In this document: piece after piece, positions 36,995 through 47,154 of the stretch
Position numbering within the stretch: the first letter of the stretch is position 1
Layout of the letters: every line of letters starts with the position of its first letter
Source: an uncultured Acidobacteriota bacterium
GTDB lineage: Bacteria; Acidobacteriota; Thermoanaerobaculia; Multivoradales; DATKCC01
Length of the DNA stretch: 64,000 nt
Direction of reading: 5' to 3'
NCBI GenBank assembly: GCA_963741925.1
Contig: CAVUJU010000005.1
Location: forward strand, 2,369,447 to 2,433,446
Program-made: the position numbers and the translations under genes
The notes under the pieces: model-generated
What the model saw: only the letters and a program-made list of their open reading frames with translations
What the model was told of the DNA's origin: nothing
Database searches by the model: none

Positions 36995-39166
36995 TCAGGG
37001 CCCGGAATCGAAGCGGTTGCCGTCGCCGTCGAGCCGGTCGACGAGCTCCGACTCGGGGACCGAACGGGAGAGAAGCCACCCCTGTCCCAGGTTGCACTCG
37101 ATCTCGAGGAGGGCCTCGATCTGCGCCTGGCGCTCGATCCCTTCGGCGACGACCTCGAGCGAGAGACCGTGCCCGAGCTTGACGACGGCCTGCACCAGCG
37201 CGGTCGTCCCCGCGTCGCGGATCAGGCCGTCGACGAACACCCGGTCGATCTTGACCGCGTCCACCGGGAAGCTCCGGACGTAACTGAGCGACGAGTAGCC
37301 GGTGCCGAAGTCGTCGAGCGCCAGCTGGACGCCGAGCTTCTTGAGGCGGCGCAGGATCTGGCCGGCGCTGTCCACGTCCCCGAGGACGGCCCCCTCGGTG
37401 ATCTCCAGGGTGAGCTTCTCCGGCGCCAGGCCCGCCGAGGAGAGGGCGGCGGCCACCTCGTCGATGATCCGCGGGTGGTGGAGACGGCTGGGGGAGAGAT
37501 TGACGTTGACCTGGAGGGGCCGGGCGCCCGCGCCCCGGCGGTCCAGGGCCTCGGCCACCCGGCAGGCCTCGCCGAGCACCCAGCGGTCGATCTCGGCCAG
37601 GATCCCGGCGTGCTCGGCGAACGGCACGAAGGCCGAGGCGGGAAGCAGCCCGCGCTGCGGGTGCAGCCAGCGCACCAGGGCCTCGAAGCCGGTGGCCGAG
37701 AGCTCTCGCAGGTCGTAGATCGGCTGGAAGTGCACCTGGAGCTCGCCCTGGGCGAGGGCGCGCCGCAGCTCGGACTCGAGGTCGAGCTGGCTCAAGGCCC
37801 GGGTGTGCATGGCGCGCTCGAAGATGAGGATCAGGCCCTTGCCCTTCTCCTTGGCCGCGTGGAGGGCGGTGTCGGCGTTGCGCAGCAGCTCCTCCTGGGA
37901 GGTCGAGCCGGGGGACTCGAGGGCGATGCCGACGCTGCCCGTGAGGCTGACCTCGCGGTCGCCCACCGGGAAGGGCCGCGCCAGCACCTCGAGCAGCCGC
38001 TCGGCGGCGGCGACCGCCTCGCCCGCGCCGCGGATGTCCTCGACCAGCACCGCGAACTCGTCGCCGCCGAAGCGCGCCACCGTGTCGGTGGAACGCACCG
38101 AGGTGCGGATGCGCTCGGCGAAGGCGATCAGCACCTCGTCGCCCGCCGCGTGCCCCAGGCTGTCGTTGATCCGCTTGAAGTCGTCGAGGTCGAGGAAGAG
38201 CAGCGCCACCCGGTCCTCTTCGCGCCGGTGGCGGGCCAGGGCCCGGGCGACCCGCTCGAGAAAGAGGGCGCGGTTCGGCAGGCGGGTGAGCGAGTCGTGG
38301 AGGGCCTGGAAGAGCTTCTGGGAGGCGACCAGCCGTTGCGCCTGGTAGAGCTGGGCGTTGGCGATCGCCGAGGCCGCCTGCTCGCCGAACAGGGAGAGGG
38401 CGCGCAGGTCGTGCTCGGTATAGGTGCGGTCGGCGCCGGCGTTCAGGTTGAGCACGCCGAGCAGGTCGTCGCGATGGACCAGCGGCACGGACATGGCGCT
38501 CGACGGCGAGGTCACGCCGGGCTGCTGGGCCGAGGGGTCGCGGTCGAGAGCCCCCGAGATGAGCAGGGGCTCGCCGGTGGCGGCGACCCGGCCGGCGACC
38601 CCCGCGCCGAAGGCGACCCGGGCGCCGTCGGCGGCGCTCCGGCCCGCCGTCGCCACGGTGCGCAGCTCGCGCCCGCCCGAGGCGAGCATGATCGACCCGT
38701 CGCGCCCCCCCAGGAGCTCCATGGCGCAGCGCAGGATGGTCGCGAGGACCTCGTCGAGATCGAGGCCCAGGTTGATCGACTTGCCCGCCTCGAGCAGAGC
38801 GCTGAGCTCGAGCAGGCGGTTGGTCAATGCGGCGGTGAGGACCTTCTCCTCGACCAGGAGGTTGGTCAGCCGCCGGAGCTGGAGCTCCTTCTCGATGGCG
38901 TAGGCGCAGAACAGCCCGATCAGGGCGAGCAGGCCGTACTCGACGACGGCGGGGTCGAGCCAGGCAGGCAGACGACTCTCCGGCAAGAACGTCAGCAGCA
39001 CCAGGGCGGCGGCGACGGTCACGAGCAGCAGCAGGGTCAGGACCCAGAGCTGCAACCGTCGTCGCTCGACGGCCTCCAGAGTGGGGGGTTCCAGCTCGTG
39101 CAGCCCCGCGATCCGCGCGGCGCGCTCGACCAGGCCCACCCCCGACCCGCCGGGGGGTTCAGTCAC
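36995..39166 (-). CDS. GAF-GGDEF-EAL protein (diguanylate cyclase/phosphodiesterase)
   Basis: RFGGDEFAVL (GGDEF); EALVRW, DDFGTGYSSL (EAL); TM N-terminus. Confidence 0.9.
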   Translation of the reverse strand: MTEPPGGSGVGLVERAARIAGLHELEPPTLEAVERRRLQLWVLTLLLLVTVAAALVLLTFLPESRLPAWLDPAVVEYGLLALIGLFCAYAIEKELQLRRLTNLLVEEKVLTAALTNRLLELSALLEAGKSINLGLDLDEVLATILRCAMELLGGRDGSIMLASGGRELRTVATAGRSAADGARVAFGAGVAGRVAATGEPLLISGALDRDPSAQQPGVTSPSSAMSVPLVHRDDLLGVLNLNAGADRTYTEHDLRALSLFGEQAASAIANAQLYQAQRLVASQKLFQALHDSLTRLPNRALFLERVARALARHRREEDRVALLFLDLDDFKRINDSLGHAAGDEVLIAFAERIRTSVRSTDTVARFGGDEFAVLVEDIRGAGEAVAAAERLLEVLARPFPVGDREVSLTGSVGIALESPGSTSQEELLRNADTALHAAKEKGKGLILIFERAMHTRALSQLDLESELRRALAQGELQVHFQPIYDLRELSATGFEALVRWLHPQRGLLPASAFVPFAEHAGILAEIDRWVLGEACRVAEALDRRGAGARPLQVNVNLSPSRLHHPRIIDEVAAALSSAGLAPEKLTLEITEGAVLGDVDSAGQILRRLKKLGVQLALDDFGTGYSSLSYVRSFPVDAVKIDRVFVDGLIRDAGTTALVQAVVKLGHGLSLEVVAEGIERQAQIEALLEIECNLGQGWLLSRSVPESELVDRLDGDGNRFDSGP

Positions 39167-39214
39167 GGCGCCATGCTACCGCGGAAAGGGAGCGGCAAGC
39201 GACGGGTGGTCCCG

Positions 39215-40999
39215 TCAGCTCGAGACGGTCTCGGTGTGGGCGGGGTCCGGCGCCTCCGCACCTTCCGGAGGAGCCGGCACGACCACCGCCGCGACGCCCG
39301 TGACCTGGCCGTCTCCGAGGCGGAAGTGGGCCTCGCCGATCCGCGCGCCGCCGCCCCGCGGGTCGCGGGCGAGGGCGCCGAGCTCGACGGTGCAGCGGAT
39401 CGGGCCATCGACCGGCAGGGTCCCGGTGCAGGTCAGCGAGAGACGGGTGGCCCAGACCGGCCCGGCCTTCTCGGTCCACCCGAGCTCGCGCCCGACGGCG
39501 ATGATCGTGGCGTCGCCGGCCAGGCGCACGGCGAAGGGCATGGCCACGAAGCCGACCTCGGCGCGCGGCTCCATCTCCACCACGTAGGCGCCCGGGCCGG
39601 TGCGGCGGACCTCGGTGACGTCGTAGAGGTCGAGGTTCGCCAGGCGGTGCATGTACGCGCTCTCGAGGGCATGGACCCGGTCCGAGGTCAGGGCCTCGCC
39701 GGTCCCCGGGACGAAGCGCTCGGGCCGCCAGAGGGCCGGCTGGTAGGTCTGGTGGGCCGGGTCGAAGAACGGGTCCTCGCGGGTGCGGGCGAGGCGCGGC
39801 TCGCCGTCGTCGCCGAGGACCACCTGGGCCGGTGCGCGGCGGCCGTTGAAGCGGCTCGAGAGCGCCTCGCAGTAGGCGCCGGCGTGCTGGACCAGGAGCG
39901 GGTCGCCGGTCGCGAGCCCGCCCACGTCGGTCGCGGGGAAGAGCACGTCGCCGGCGAAACAGAGCGGGCCGGCCAGGCCGTCCGGCCCCTCCCGGGGCAG
40001 CGGGCGGTGGTCCGGGCCCACGATCTGGTGCTCCCAGCGCGCGACGGTGAACTTGACGAGCTGGTCGGTGCCCACGTCGACGATCGCCCAGCGCTTGCCG
40101 CGGGTCGTCTTGGTGGCGACCACGCGGGTGAGCAGGGCGGCGCTCTCGCCGACCAGCGAGTTGCCCGGCTCGACCTGGTAGACCAGGCCGGGGCGCAGGT
40201 GCGGGCGGAGCGCGGCGGCGAGCTCCTCGATGGTGGGGAAGGCCTGGTCGTCGAAGAACGGGATCCCCAGGCCGCCGCCCAGGTTCAAGACCTCGATGCG
40301 GTGGCGGGTGCGCTCGGCGACGAGGTCGGCGAGGTGGTGGAGCAGGCCCAGGCCCGCGCCGAAGGCCTCGAGGTTGTCCATCTGGGTGCCGACGTGGAGA
40401 TGGAGCCCGGTGACCGGGAGGGGGTAGCCCAGGAGGTGCTCGACGAGCTCCTCGGACGGGATGCCGAACTGACTGGTCCCGGCGCCGTGGGCGGTGTAGC
40501 GCTGGACGTCGGAGGCCACGCGATAGCCGGGCAGCGAGCCCGGGTTGACCCGGGCGAGCAGCCGGCCGCTCGGCCGGTCCGCCTTCGCCCCCGAGGGGTC
40601 GAGGTGGCGCCGGAGCTCCGGGCGCCCCGCCAGGGCCGCGAGCGCCTGCGGGGAGTCGGCGACCACGCTCGCGCCGGAGGCGAGGAGCCCCGCCCCGAGG
40701 CCCGGGTCGAAGGCCGGCGTGGTGTAGCTGATCCGCTCGAGGGGAATGCCGGCCGCCTGGGCGATCCGCACCTCCGAGGCCGAGGCGCAGTCGGCGCCGC
40801 CTCCCATCTCGGCCAGGGTGCGGACGACGATCGGGGAGGGGTTGGCCTTGACCGGGTAGAGGACGTTGCCCGGCTCACCGACCAGCTCGAGATAGGCGCA
40901 AAAGCGGGAGCGCAGGGTCTCCAGGTGGTGGACGTAGAGCGGCGTCCCGAAGCGGCCGGCGAGGGACCTCAAGTCCAGACTGCGTGACCAGGACTCCAT
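39215..40999 (-). CDS. Orn/DAP/Arg decarboxylase-fold (type III PLP) enzyme with ~170-aa C-terminal extension
   Basis: YPVKANPSP PLP-lysine motif, GGGLGIPF; extra C-terminal domain of unknown (possibly hotdog-like) fold. Confidence 0.75.
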   Translation of the reverse strand: MESWSRSLDLRSLAGRFGTPLYVHHLETLRSRFCAYLELVGEPGNVLYPVKANPSPIVVRTLAEMGGGADCASASEVRIAQAAGIPLERISYTTPAFDPGLGAGLLASGASVVADSPQALAALAGRPELRRHLDPSGAKADRPSGRLLARVNPGSLPGYRVASDVQRYTAHGAGTSQFGIPSEELVEHLLGYPLPVTGLHLHVGTQMDNLEAFGAGLGLLHHLADLVAERTRHRIEVLNLGGGLGIPFFDDQAFPTIEELAAALRPHLRPGLVYQVEPGNSLVGESAALLTRVVATKTTRGKRWAIVDVGTDQLVKFTVARWEHQIVGPDHRPLPREGPDGLAGPLCFAGDVLFPATDVGGLATGDPLLVQHAGAYCEALSSRFNGRRAPAQVVLGDDGEPRLARTREDPFFDPAHQTYQPALWRPERFVPGTGEALTSDRVHALESAYMHRLANLDLYDVTEVRRTGPGAYVVEMEPRAEVGFVAMPFAVRLAGDATIIAVGRELGWTEKAGPVWATRLSLTCTGTLPVDGPIRCTVELGALARDPRGGGARIGEAHFRLGDGQVTGVAAVVVPAPPEGAEAPDPAHTETVSS

Positions 41000-41142
41000 C
41001 TACGCTCCTCGCGGTCCGCCGCGGAGGCGGCTTGCCGCGAAGGTTCTCGGCAATGATTTCGCATGGACAGAGATTTGTCAAGGCGCATAGACCCCCGGCC
41101 CGGCGGGCCGGCTGGCGCCGTTCTTGAATCCTCCCCCGGGAC

Positions 41143-42839
41143 ATGACGCTCTCCCTGCGCCCCGACCAGCTCCGAAGGTACAAGGACGTGGCCCGCCTGC
41201 TGCTCAAGCACGGCCACGCCGACCTCTTCGCCTCGGGCGGGCTCGAGCGGGCGTTGCTGGGCGAGGAGGGCGCCCGGCGCCAGCCGGTCGACGGCGATCC
41301 GGGAGAAGCTCGCCGCGGATCTCGAAGCCCTCGGGCCTACCTTCGTCAAGCTCGGCCAGCTCCTCTCCACCCGCTCCGACCTCCTGCCGGTGCCCTACCT
41401 CGAGGCCCTGGCCCGCCTCCAGGACCACGTCGAGCCGTTTCCCTGGGACGAGGTGGAGCCGCTGGTCGCCGAAGAGCTCGGGGTCCGGGTATCGAAGGCC
41501 TTCGAGTCGTTCGACCGCAAGCCGCTCGCCGCGGCCTCGCTGGGACAGGTGCACCGGGCGATGCTGCACGACGGTCGGGCGGTGGCGGTCAAGGTGCAGC
41601 GCCCGGGGATCCGGCAGGTGATCCTCGACGACCTCGAGGCCTTCGACGCCCTCGCCGAGATCATCGACCGCCACACCGAGGCGGGGCGCCGCCTGGCCCT
41701 GGGCGACCTGCTCGAGGAGTTCCGGCGCGTGCTGCTGCGGGAGCTCGACTACCGCCGCGAGGCGCGGAACCTCGAGACTCTCGCCGACAAGCTCGACGGC
41801 TACTCGCGCCTGGTCGTGCCGCGGCCGATCGGCGACTACACGTCGTCGCGGGTCCTGACCATGAGCTTCATCCCGGGAACCAAGATCACCGAGCTGTCGT
41901 CCATGGCCCGCCTCGACCTGGACGGCGCGGGCTTGGCCGAGGAGCTCGCCGAGGCCTACATCCAGGGCGTCCTGGTGGACGGCTTCTTCCACGCCGATCC
42001 CCATCCGGGCAACATCCTGGTCACCCACGACCATCGCCTGGCCCTGATCGACCTCGGGATGGTGGCGAGGATCGATCCCCACATGCGCGAGCGCCTGCTC
42101 CGGCTGGTCGTGGCGATCACCGGCGGGCGGGGCTACGAGGCGGCCCAGCTCAGCCAGCAGGTGGGCACCCGGCTCGACGACTTCGACGAGGACCGCTACA
42201 TCCGCCAAGTGACCGATCTGGTGGGCGACCTCCAGGACCGGTCGATCACCGAGGTCAACATCGGCCGGGCGGTGCTCGAGCTCGCCCGCCGGGCCGGCGA
42301 GACGGGCCTGCGGCCGGCGCCGGAAGCTCGCCCTGCTCGGCAAGACCATGTTGCAGGTCAACGAGATCGGCCTCCATCTCGATCCGGAGTTCGAGCCCAA
42401 CCAGATCGTGCGGCGCCAGGCGCGCACCATCCTGCGCCACCGGATGGTCCACGGAGTCTCGCCGAACCGGGTCCTCTCGTCGCTGCTCGAGGTCACCGAG
42501 CTCGTCCAGGAGCTGCCGGGGCGGCTGAACCGGCTCTTCGAGTCGCTCCTGCGCGGCGAGCTGGCGATCGACATCGACGTGGTCGACGAGCGCCTGCTCA
42601 TGTCGAACCTGCAGAAGATCGCCAACCGGATCGCCCTCGGCCTGATCCTGGCGGCGCTGATCGTGGGCGCGGCACTGATGATGCGGATCGACACCGAGCT
42701 CACGATCCTCGGCTACCCCGGCATCGCCATGCTCCTGTTCCTGGCCGCGGCCGCCTGCGGCTTCGTGCTGGTCTTCAGCATCCTCTACCACGACTTCTGG
42801 AAGGAGAGGCGGCGCCGCCCCCGCCGGCACCGGCGGTGA
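41143..42839 (+). pseudogene. ubiB: UbiB/ABC1-family atypical kinase interrupted by two +1 frame breaks (~41315 and ~42325)
   Basis: the N-terminus, the GPTFVKLGQLLSTRSDLLP core and the C-terminal TM part lie in three successive frames; breaks at CCGGG and GGAAG runs. Confidence 0.7.
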
Positions 42840-43479
42840 GCGCCGCTCCGGCGTCTCCCCCCTCCAGGAAGGCGCAGATCGCCTCGAACACGTCGCGGCG
42901 GCTCATCAAGAAGGTGTGGACGCCGTGGACCAGGACTCGGGGAACGCCGTCGATGGAGGTCTCGGAGACCCGCACGATGCCGTCGTTGGGCTCCGGTCCG
43001 GGCGGCAGCCAGGAGGCGCGGGGGCCGCGGGTGCCCGCGACCACGAGCGACGGCACGGCCGGGAGCGGCAGGCGCTCGAAAAACGCCGGGTCGGCCAGCT
43101 TCTGCCCGGCGTCGCCCGCCACCAGGCGGTAGACCGGGTTCTTCCTCAGCGCCCGGGCGACCGCCGGGGAGCGGCTCGGGACGCCGAGCATCACGAACCG
43201 GCAGAAGCCGGGCGGCAGCCCGGTCGCCGCCAGACGGGTGACGACGCCGCCCAGGGAGTGGGCGACGACGGCGTACTCCAGGAGCGCCCCGTCGGCGGCG
43301 TCTTCGGCCAGCACCCGGAGCACCCGCTCGACGAAGCGGTGGCCGATCGCCTCGAGGTCGGCGGTGACGACCTGGTAGCCGAAGAGCGTCGTCCGGTGCC
43401 CCGCCCTCTCGAGGCGGTGGGCGAGGAGCGCCATCGAGACGACCGTCCGGCCGAGGCCGTGGAGCAGGAAGACGCGCAC
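42775..43479 (-). CDS. alpha/beta hydrolase (lipase/esterase-like)
   Basis: VAHSLGG nucleophile elbow. Confidence 0.6.
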   Translation of the reverse strand: MRVFLLHGLGRTVVSMALLAHRLERAGHRTTLFGYQVVTADLEAIGHRFVERVLRVLAEDAADGALLEYAVVAHSLGGVVTRLAATGLPPGFCRFVMLGVPSRSPAVARALRKNPVYRLVAGDAGQKLADPAFFERLPLPAVPSLVVAGTRGPRASWLPPGPEPNDGIVRVSETSIDGVPRVLVHGVHTFLMSRRDVFEAICAFLEGGDAGAALTAGAGGGGAASPSRSRGRGC

Positions 43480-43592
43480 GGAGCGGAGGATATGCCAGCC
43501 CGGCTGGGTGGGGCTCGCCGCCCCGGCGGCTGCTATGCTGGCCGTGGAGAGCGGGGCGCGGCGCCCGCCGGCGGCGCCGCGCGACCCGGGAG

Positions 43593-44741
43593 ATGCGACG
43601 CGAGGGAAGGGGGAATCCCGTGTTCGGCAAGAGCTTCGATCTCTTCAGCGTCTTCGGCTTCAAGATCCGGCTCGACCTGAGCTGGTTCGTCATCGCCGCG
43701 CTCATCACCTGGTCGCTCGCGAGGCAGGCGTTCCCCCACCTCGTGCCGGGCCTCGGGACCGCGACCTACTGGGTCATGGGGGTCGCCGGCGCCGTCGGGC
43801 TGTTCGTCTCGGTGGTGGCCCACGAGGTCTCCCACGCCATGGTCGCCCGCCGCTTCGACATGGAGATGCGCGGCATCACGCTCTTCATCTTCGGCGGCGT
43901 CGCCGAGATGAGCGACGAGCCGCCGAGCCCCAAGGCCGAGTTCTGGATGGCCATCGCCGGGCCGATCATGAGCTTCGTGGTGGCCGGGATCTGCGCCGTC
44001 GTCGGCCTGGCCGGCCTGCCGACCGCGGTGGCGGGGGTGGTCGGCTACCTCGCCCTGATCAATGTCATCCTCGGTGTCTTCAACCTCATTCCGGCCTTCC
44101 CGCTCGACGGCGGCCGGGTGCTGCGCTCGATCCTCTGGCAGACGAAGGGCGACCTCAAGCGGGCGACGCGGATCACCTTTATGATCGGCTCGGGCTTCGG
44201 CTTCGCGCTGATCGGCTTCGGCGTCCTCCGGGTCCTGGTCTGGGGCGACCTGATCGGTGGCGTCTGGATGTTCCTGATCGGGCTCTTCCTGCGCAACGCG
44301 GCCCAGATGTCCTACCAGCAGCTCCTGCTGCGCCGGGTCCTCGAGGGCGAGCCGGTCTCCCGGTTCATGCAGGGCGACCCGGTGACCGTACCGCGCGCCA
44401 TCTCGGTCGAGCAGCTCGTCGAGGAGTACGTCTACAAGTACCACTTCAAGATGTTCCCGGTGGTCGACGGCGAGCGCCTCGTCGGGTGCGTGACGACGCG
44501 CCAGATCAAGGAGCTGCCGCGCGAGGAGTGGGACCGGACCAGCGTCGGCGCCCTGGCGAGCGGCTGCTCGCAGGACAACACCGTGCCTCCCGGCGCCGAT
44601 GCCATGGAGGCCCTCGCCACCATGAACCGGAACCAGGCGTCCCGGCTCATGGTGGTCGAGGGCGACCGGCTCTTGGGCGTCCTGACCCTCAAGGACCTGC
44701 TGCAGTTCTTCTCCCTGAAGATCGAGCTCGATAGCGCCTGA
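43593..44741 (+). CDS. site-2 protease (M50) with C-terminal CBS pair
   Basis: HEVSHA (HExxH), LDGG motif, CBS domains. Confidence 0.85.
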   Translation: MRREGRGNPVFGKSFDLFSVFGFKIRLDLSWFVIAALITWSLARQAFPHLVPGLGTATYWVMGVAGAVGLFVSVVAHEVSHAMVARRFDMEMRGITLFIFGGVAEMSDEPPSPKAEFWMAIAGPIMSFVVAGICAVVGLAGLPTAVAGVVGYLALINVILGVFNLIPAFPLDGGRVLRSILWQTKGDLKRATRITFMIGSGFGFALIGFGVLRVLVWGDLIGGVWMFLIGLFLRNAAQMSYQQLLLRRVLEGEPVSRFMQGDPVTVPRAISVEQLVEEYVYKYHFKMFPVVDGERLVGCVTTRQIKELPREEWDRTSVGALASGCSQDNTVPPGADAMEALATMNRNQASRLMVVEGDRLLGVLTLKDLLQFFSLKIELDSA

Positions 44742-46097
44742 TCAGAGCGACATCAGGTAGGCCGCGAGGTCGGCCTTCTCGGCCTCGGTCAGCCCGAGCC
44801 CGAAGTGGTCGTCGTAGTGGTCGATGACCGCCCGCAGGGTCGGGAAGCGGCCGTCGTGGTAGAAGCCGCCCTTGGTGTGGGTCCACAGGCCCTTGAGCGG
44901 TGTCGTCCGGTAGCGCCCGGTGGGTCCGCGGTCGGCCTGGAACGAGTCGATCCCGATCTCCTCGGGGGTGTGGAGGTTCCAGCCCGGCTCGGTGAAGAGC
45001 GGCGGGACGTGGCAGCGCGCGCACTGGGCCTTGCCGGCGAACAGCGTCTCGCCGCGGGCGGCGGCCGCCGGATCGAAGCTCCCGGCCGGCGGCGTCGGGG
45101 CGGCGAGGGCGAGCTGGTAGAAGTGCAAGGGGGCCAGGACGCCGGTCACCACGTCCGGCTCGTCGCGGACGTCGTCGAAGCCGGCGGCCGCGGCCACCGG
45201 GAACTTCGCCGGATCGGCCAGGCGCGGGTCCCAGAAGGTGCCCTTGCCGTTCATCTCGAGGTTGCCGACGAAGGCGTTCCAGTAGGTCACCGAGCCCCAG
45301 CCCTCGTAGGTGTGGAGGTTCACCCCGGCGAGACCGAAGGCCGGCGGGATGAGGACCGACGCGGACTTGCCGTCGGGGCGGAAGGCGACGCCGTCGAGGT
45401 TGAGCTCGGCGTCGAACCTGCCCGGCCCCCAGCTCGTGAGGACCGCCCTGACCGTCGCCACGTCGACGCCCAGCAGGTCGGCCAGCGGCTGGAGGTTGGG
45501 CGCGATCGCGATGATCTTGCCCACGTCGAGGTCGCGGTTCGCCCAGCCGTCGAGACGCTTGCCGACGCCCGGTGCGATCGAATCGTCGACCGTCGAGTGG
45601 CACAGCGCGCAGGTGATGCCCACCTCCCACAGGCCCTGGCCGTTGGGCGTGATCTGGCCCACCACGCCGACCACCGCGTTGAGCTGAATGAGGAGGCGGG
45701 TCACGGCCGGGTCGTCCAGGTTCACCTGGCCCGCCTGCAGGGCCGCGATCACCGCCGGCGGCAGGGCGTCCGCGTCGACCTTGAGGCCGAGGGCGAGGGC
45801 CTGGTTCGGGGTGACGTGGTCGAGGGCGCGGTGGATCTTCAGGGTGCGACTGAAAAAGGTGTGGCTGCCCATCCGGTCGTAGCGGAACACCTGGCGGCCC
45901 TGGCCGATCAGGTCCGCGGCGTGGGCGACCACCGGGTCGTCGGCGCCGGGTCGGGCCGCGGCGGCGGAGCCGGGCTCCGGGCCCGGCCGGACGCCGGGAA
46001 GGTCGGCGGCCACCAGACTGACGGCGGCCAGAGCCAGGCCGGCGGCGATCGCGCCGGTGCGGGCGCGGTGTCTCTTCGTACGATGGGTCATGGGCAT
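44742..46097 (-). CDS. secreted di-haem cytochrome c (cytochrome c peroxidase-like)
   Basis: two CxxCH motifs (CALCH, CARCH); signal peptide. Confidence 0.7.
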   Translation of the reverse strand: MPMTHRTKRHRARTGAIAAGLALAAVSLVAADLPGVRPGPEPGSAAAARPGADDPVVAHAADLIGQGRQVFRYDRMGSHTFFSRTLKIHRALDHVTPNQALALGLKVDADALPPAVIAALQAGQVNLDDPAVTRLLIQLNAVVGVVGQITPNGQGLWEVGITCALCHSTVDDSIAPGVGKRLDGWANRDLDVGKIIAIAPNLQPLADLLGVDVATVRAVLTSWGPGRFDAELNLDGVAFRPDGKSASVLIPPAFGLAGVNLHTYEGWGSVTYWNAFVGNLEMNGKGTFWDPRLADPAKFPVAAAAGFDDVRDEPDVVTGVLAPLHFYQLALAAPTPPAGSFDPAAAARGETLFAGKAQCARCHVPPLFTEPGWNLHTPEEIGIDSFQADRGPTGRYRTTPLKGLWTHTKGGFYHDGRFPTLRAVIDHYDDHFGLGLTEAEKADLAAYLMSL

Positions 46098-46207
46098 CTC
46101 CTCCTGGGTGGGGCTCGGGGAACCGGTAGTTTTCCAAGAATCTTCCTGTTAAACTACAGAGTGTCGAAACCGGCGCCGGTTACACGAAGAGCGAAGGAGG
46201 GGACGAG

Positions 46208-46942
46208 ATGATCGCGAGCCTGGCCGAAGGACGGGAGGAGGTTGCGGGTGGGAAGGGGCTTTCGCCGCAGTCGGCGGGCGTCGCCGATCCGGAGGTGGTC
46301 GCCCGCGTCCTGGCCGGCGAGACCGCCCTGTTCGAGGTCGTCATGCGGCGCTACAACCGGCGGCTGTTCCGGGTGGTCTGGTCGATCCTGCTCGACGAAG
46401 GGGAGGCCGAGGACGTGGTCCAGGACGCCTACGTGCGTGCCTACCAGCACCTGAACCAGTTCGACGGCCGCGCGCCCTTCGCCACCTGGCTGACCAAGAT
46501 CGCGGTCTACGAGGCGAGCGCGCGGCGCAAGCGGCGGCGGCGCCAAGTGCCTCTCGAAGCCCTGGCGCCGCCCGAGAAGGAGGCGTTGATGGCGGAGTCG
46601 GCGAAGGCGCCGGCGAGCGGCGAGGACCGGATGCTCACCCGCGACCTGCGGAACCTGCTCGAGCGCGCGGTGGCGGCCTTGCCCTCGCCGTACCGCCAGG
46701 TGTTCGTGCTGCGCGAGGTCGAGGAGCTGTCGACCGAGGAGACCGCCCAGGTCCTGGGCGTCAGCCGCACGGCGGCCAAGGTCCGCCTGTTCCGGGCCAA
46801 GAGGCTCCTCCGAGGTGAGGTCGAGAGGCTCCTGGGCGCCGGCGCCCGCCAGCTCCTCGCCTTCGCCGGCGAGCGCTGCGACCGGACCGTCGCCCGCGTC
46901 CTCGCCCGTCTCGCGAAGCTCCGCCTCGAACCGACGAGCTGA
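46208..46942 (+). CDS. ECF sigma factor with ~60-aa C-terminal extension
   Basis: sigma-70 regions 2 (VQDAYVRAY) and 4 (LSTEETAQVLGVS..TAKVRL). Confidence 0.8.
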   Translation: MIASLAEGREEVAGGKGLSPQSAGVADPEVVARVLAGETALFEVVMRRYNRRLFRVVWSILLDEGEAEDVVQDAYVRAYQHLNQFDGRAPFATWLTKIAVYEASARRKRRRRQVPLEALAPPEKEALMAESAKAPASGEDRMLTRDLRNLLERAVAALPSPYRQVFVLREVEELSTEETAQVLGVSRTAAKVRLFRAKRLLRGEVERLLGAGARQLLAFAGERCDRTVARVLARLAKLRLEPTS

Positions 46943-47154
46943 GTGGCGGGAAGCGACTCCGGACACGGCGGCCACCGGCCCCGGGGGAACCCGCTCGGCG
47001 CGACCTCACCGGCCCCGGGCCTTGCTCGTCGCAGAGACCTCCCGGATCGTCCCCCGCACCCTCGATCCCTCGCTGCCGATCAGGGCGGGGAGGCGGCGGG
47101 TCGTTCACGACCGGGCAGAGGGGCTTCCCGGTGTAGTCTTGCCCCCCGGTCATC

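Noticed and set aside
36404-40987. 1527-aa plus-strand ORF
   Set aside because: It is antisense to three well-supported minus-strand genes (M48 protease, GGDEF-EAL, decarboxylase). Its composition is typical of a spurious high-GC ORF.
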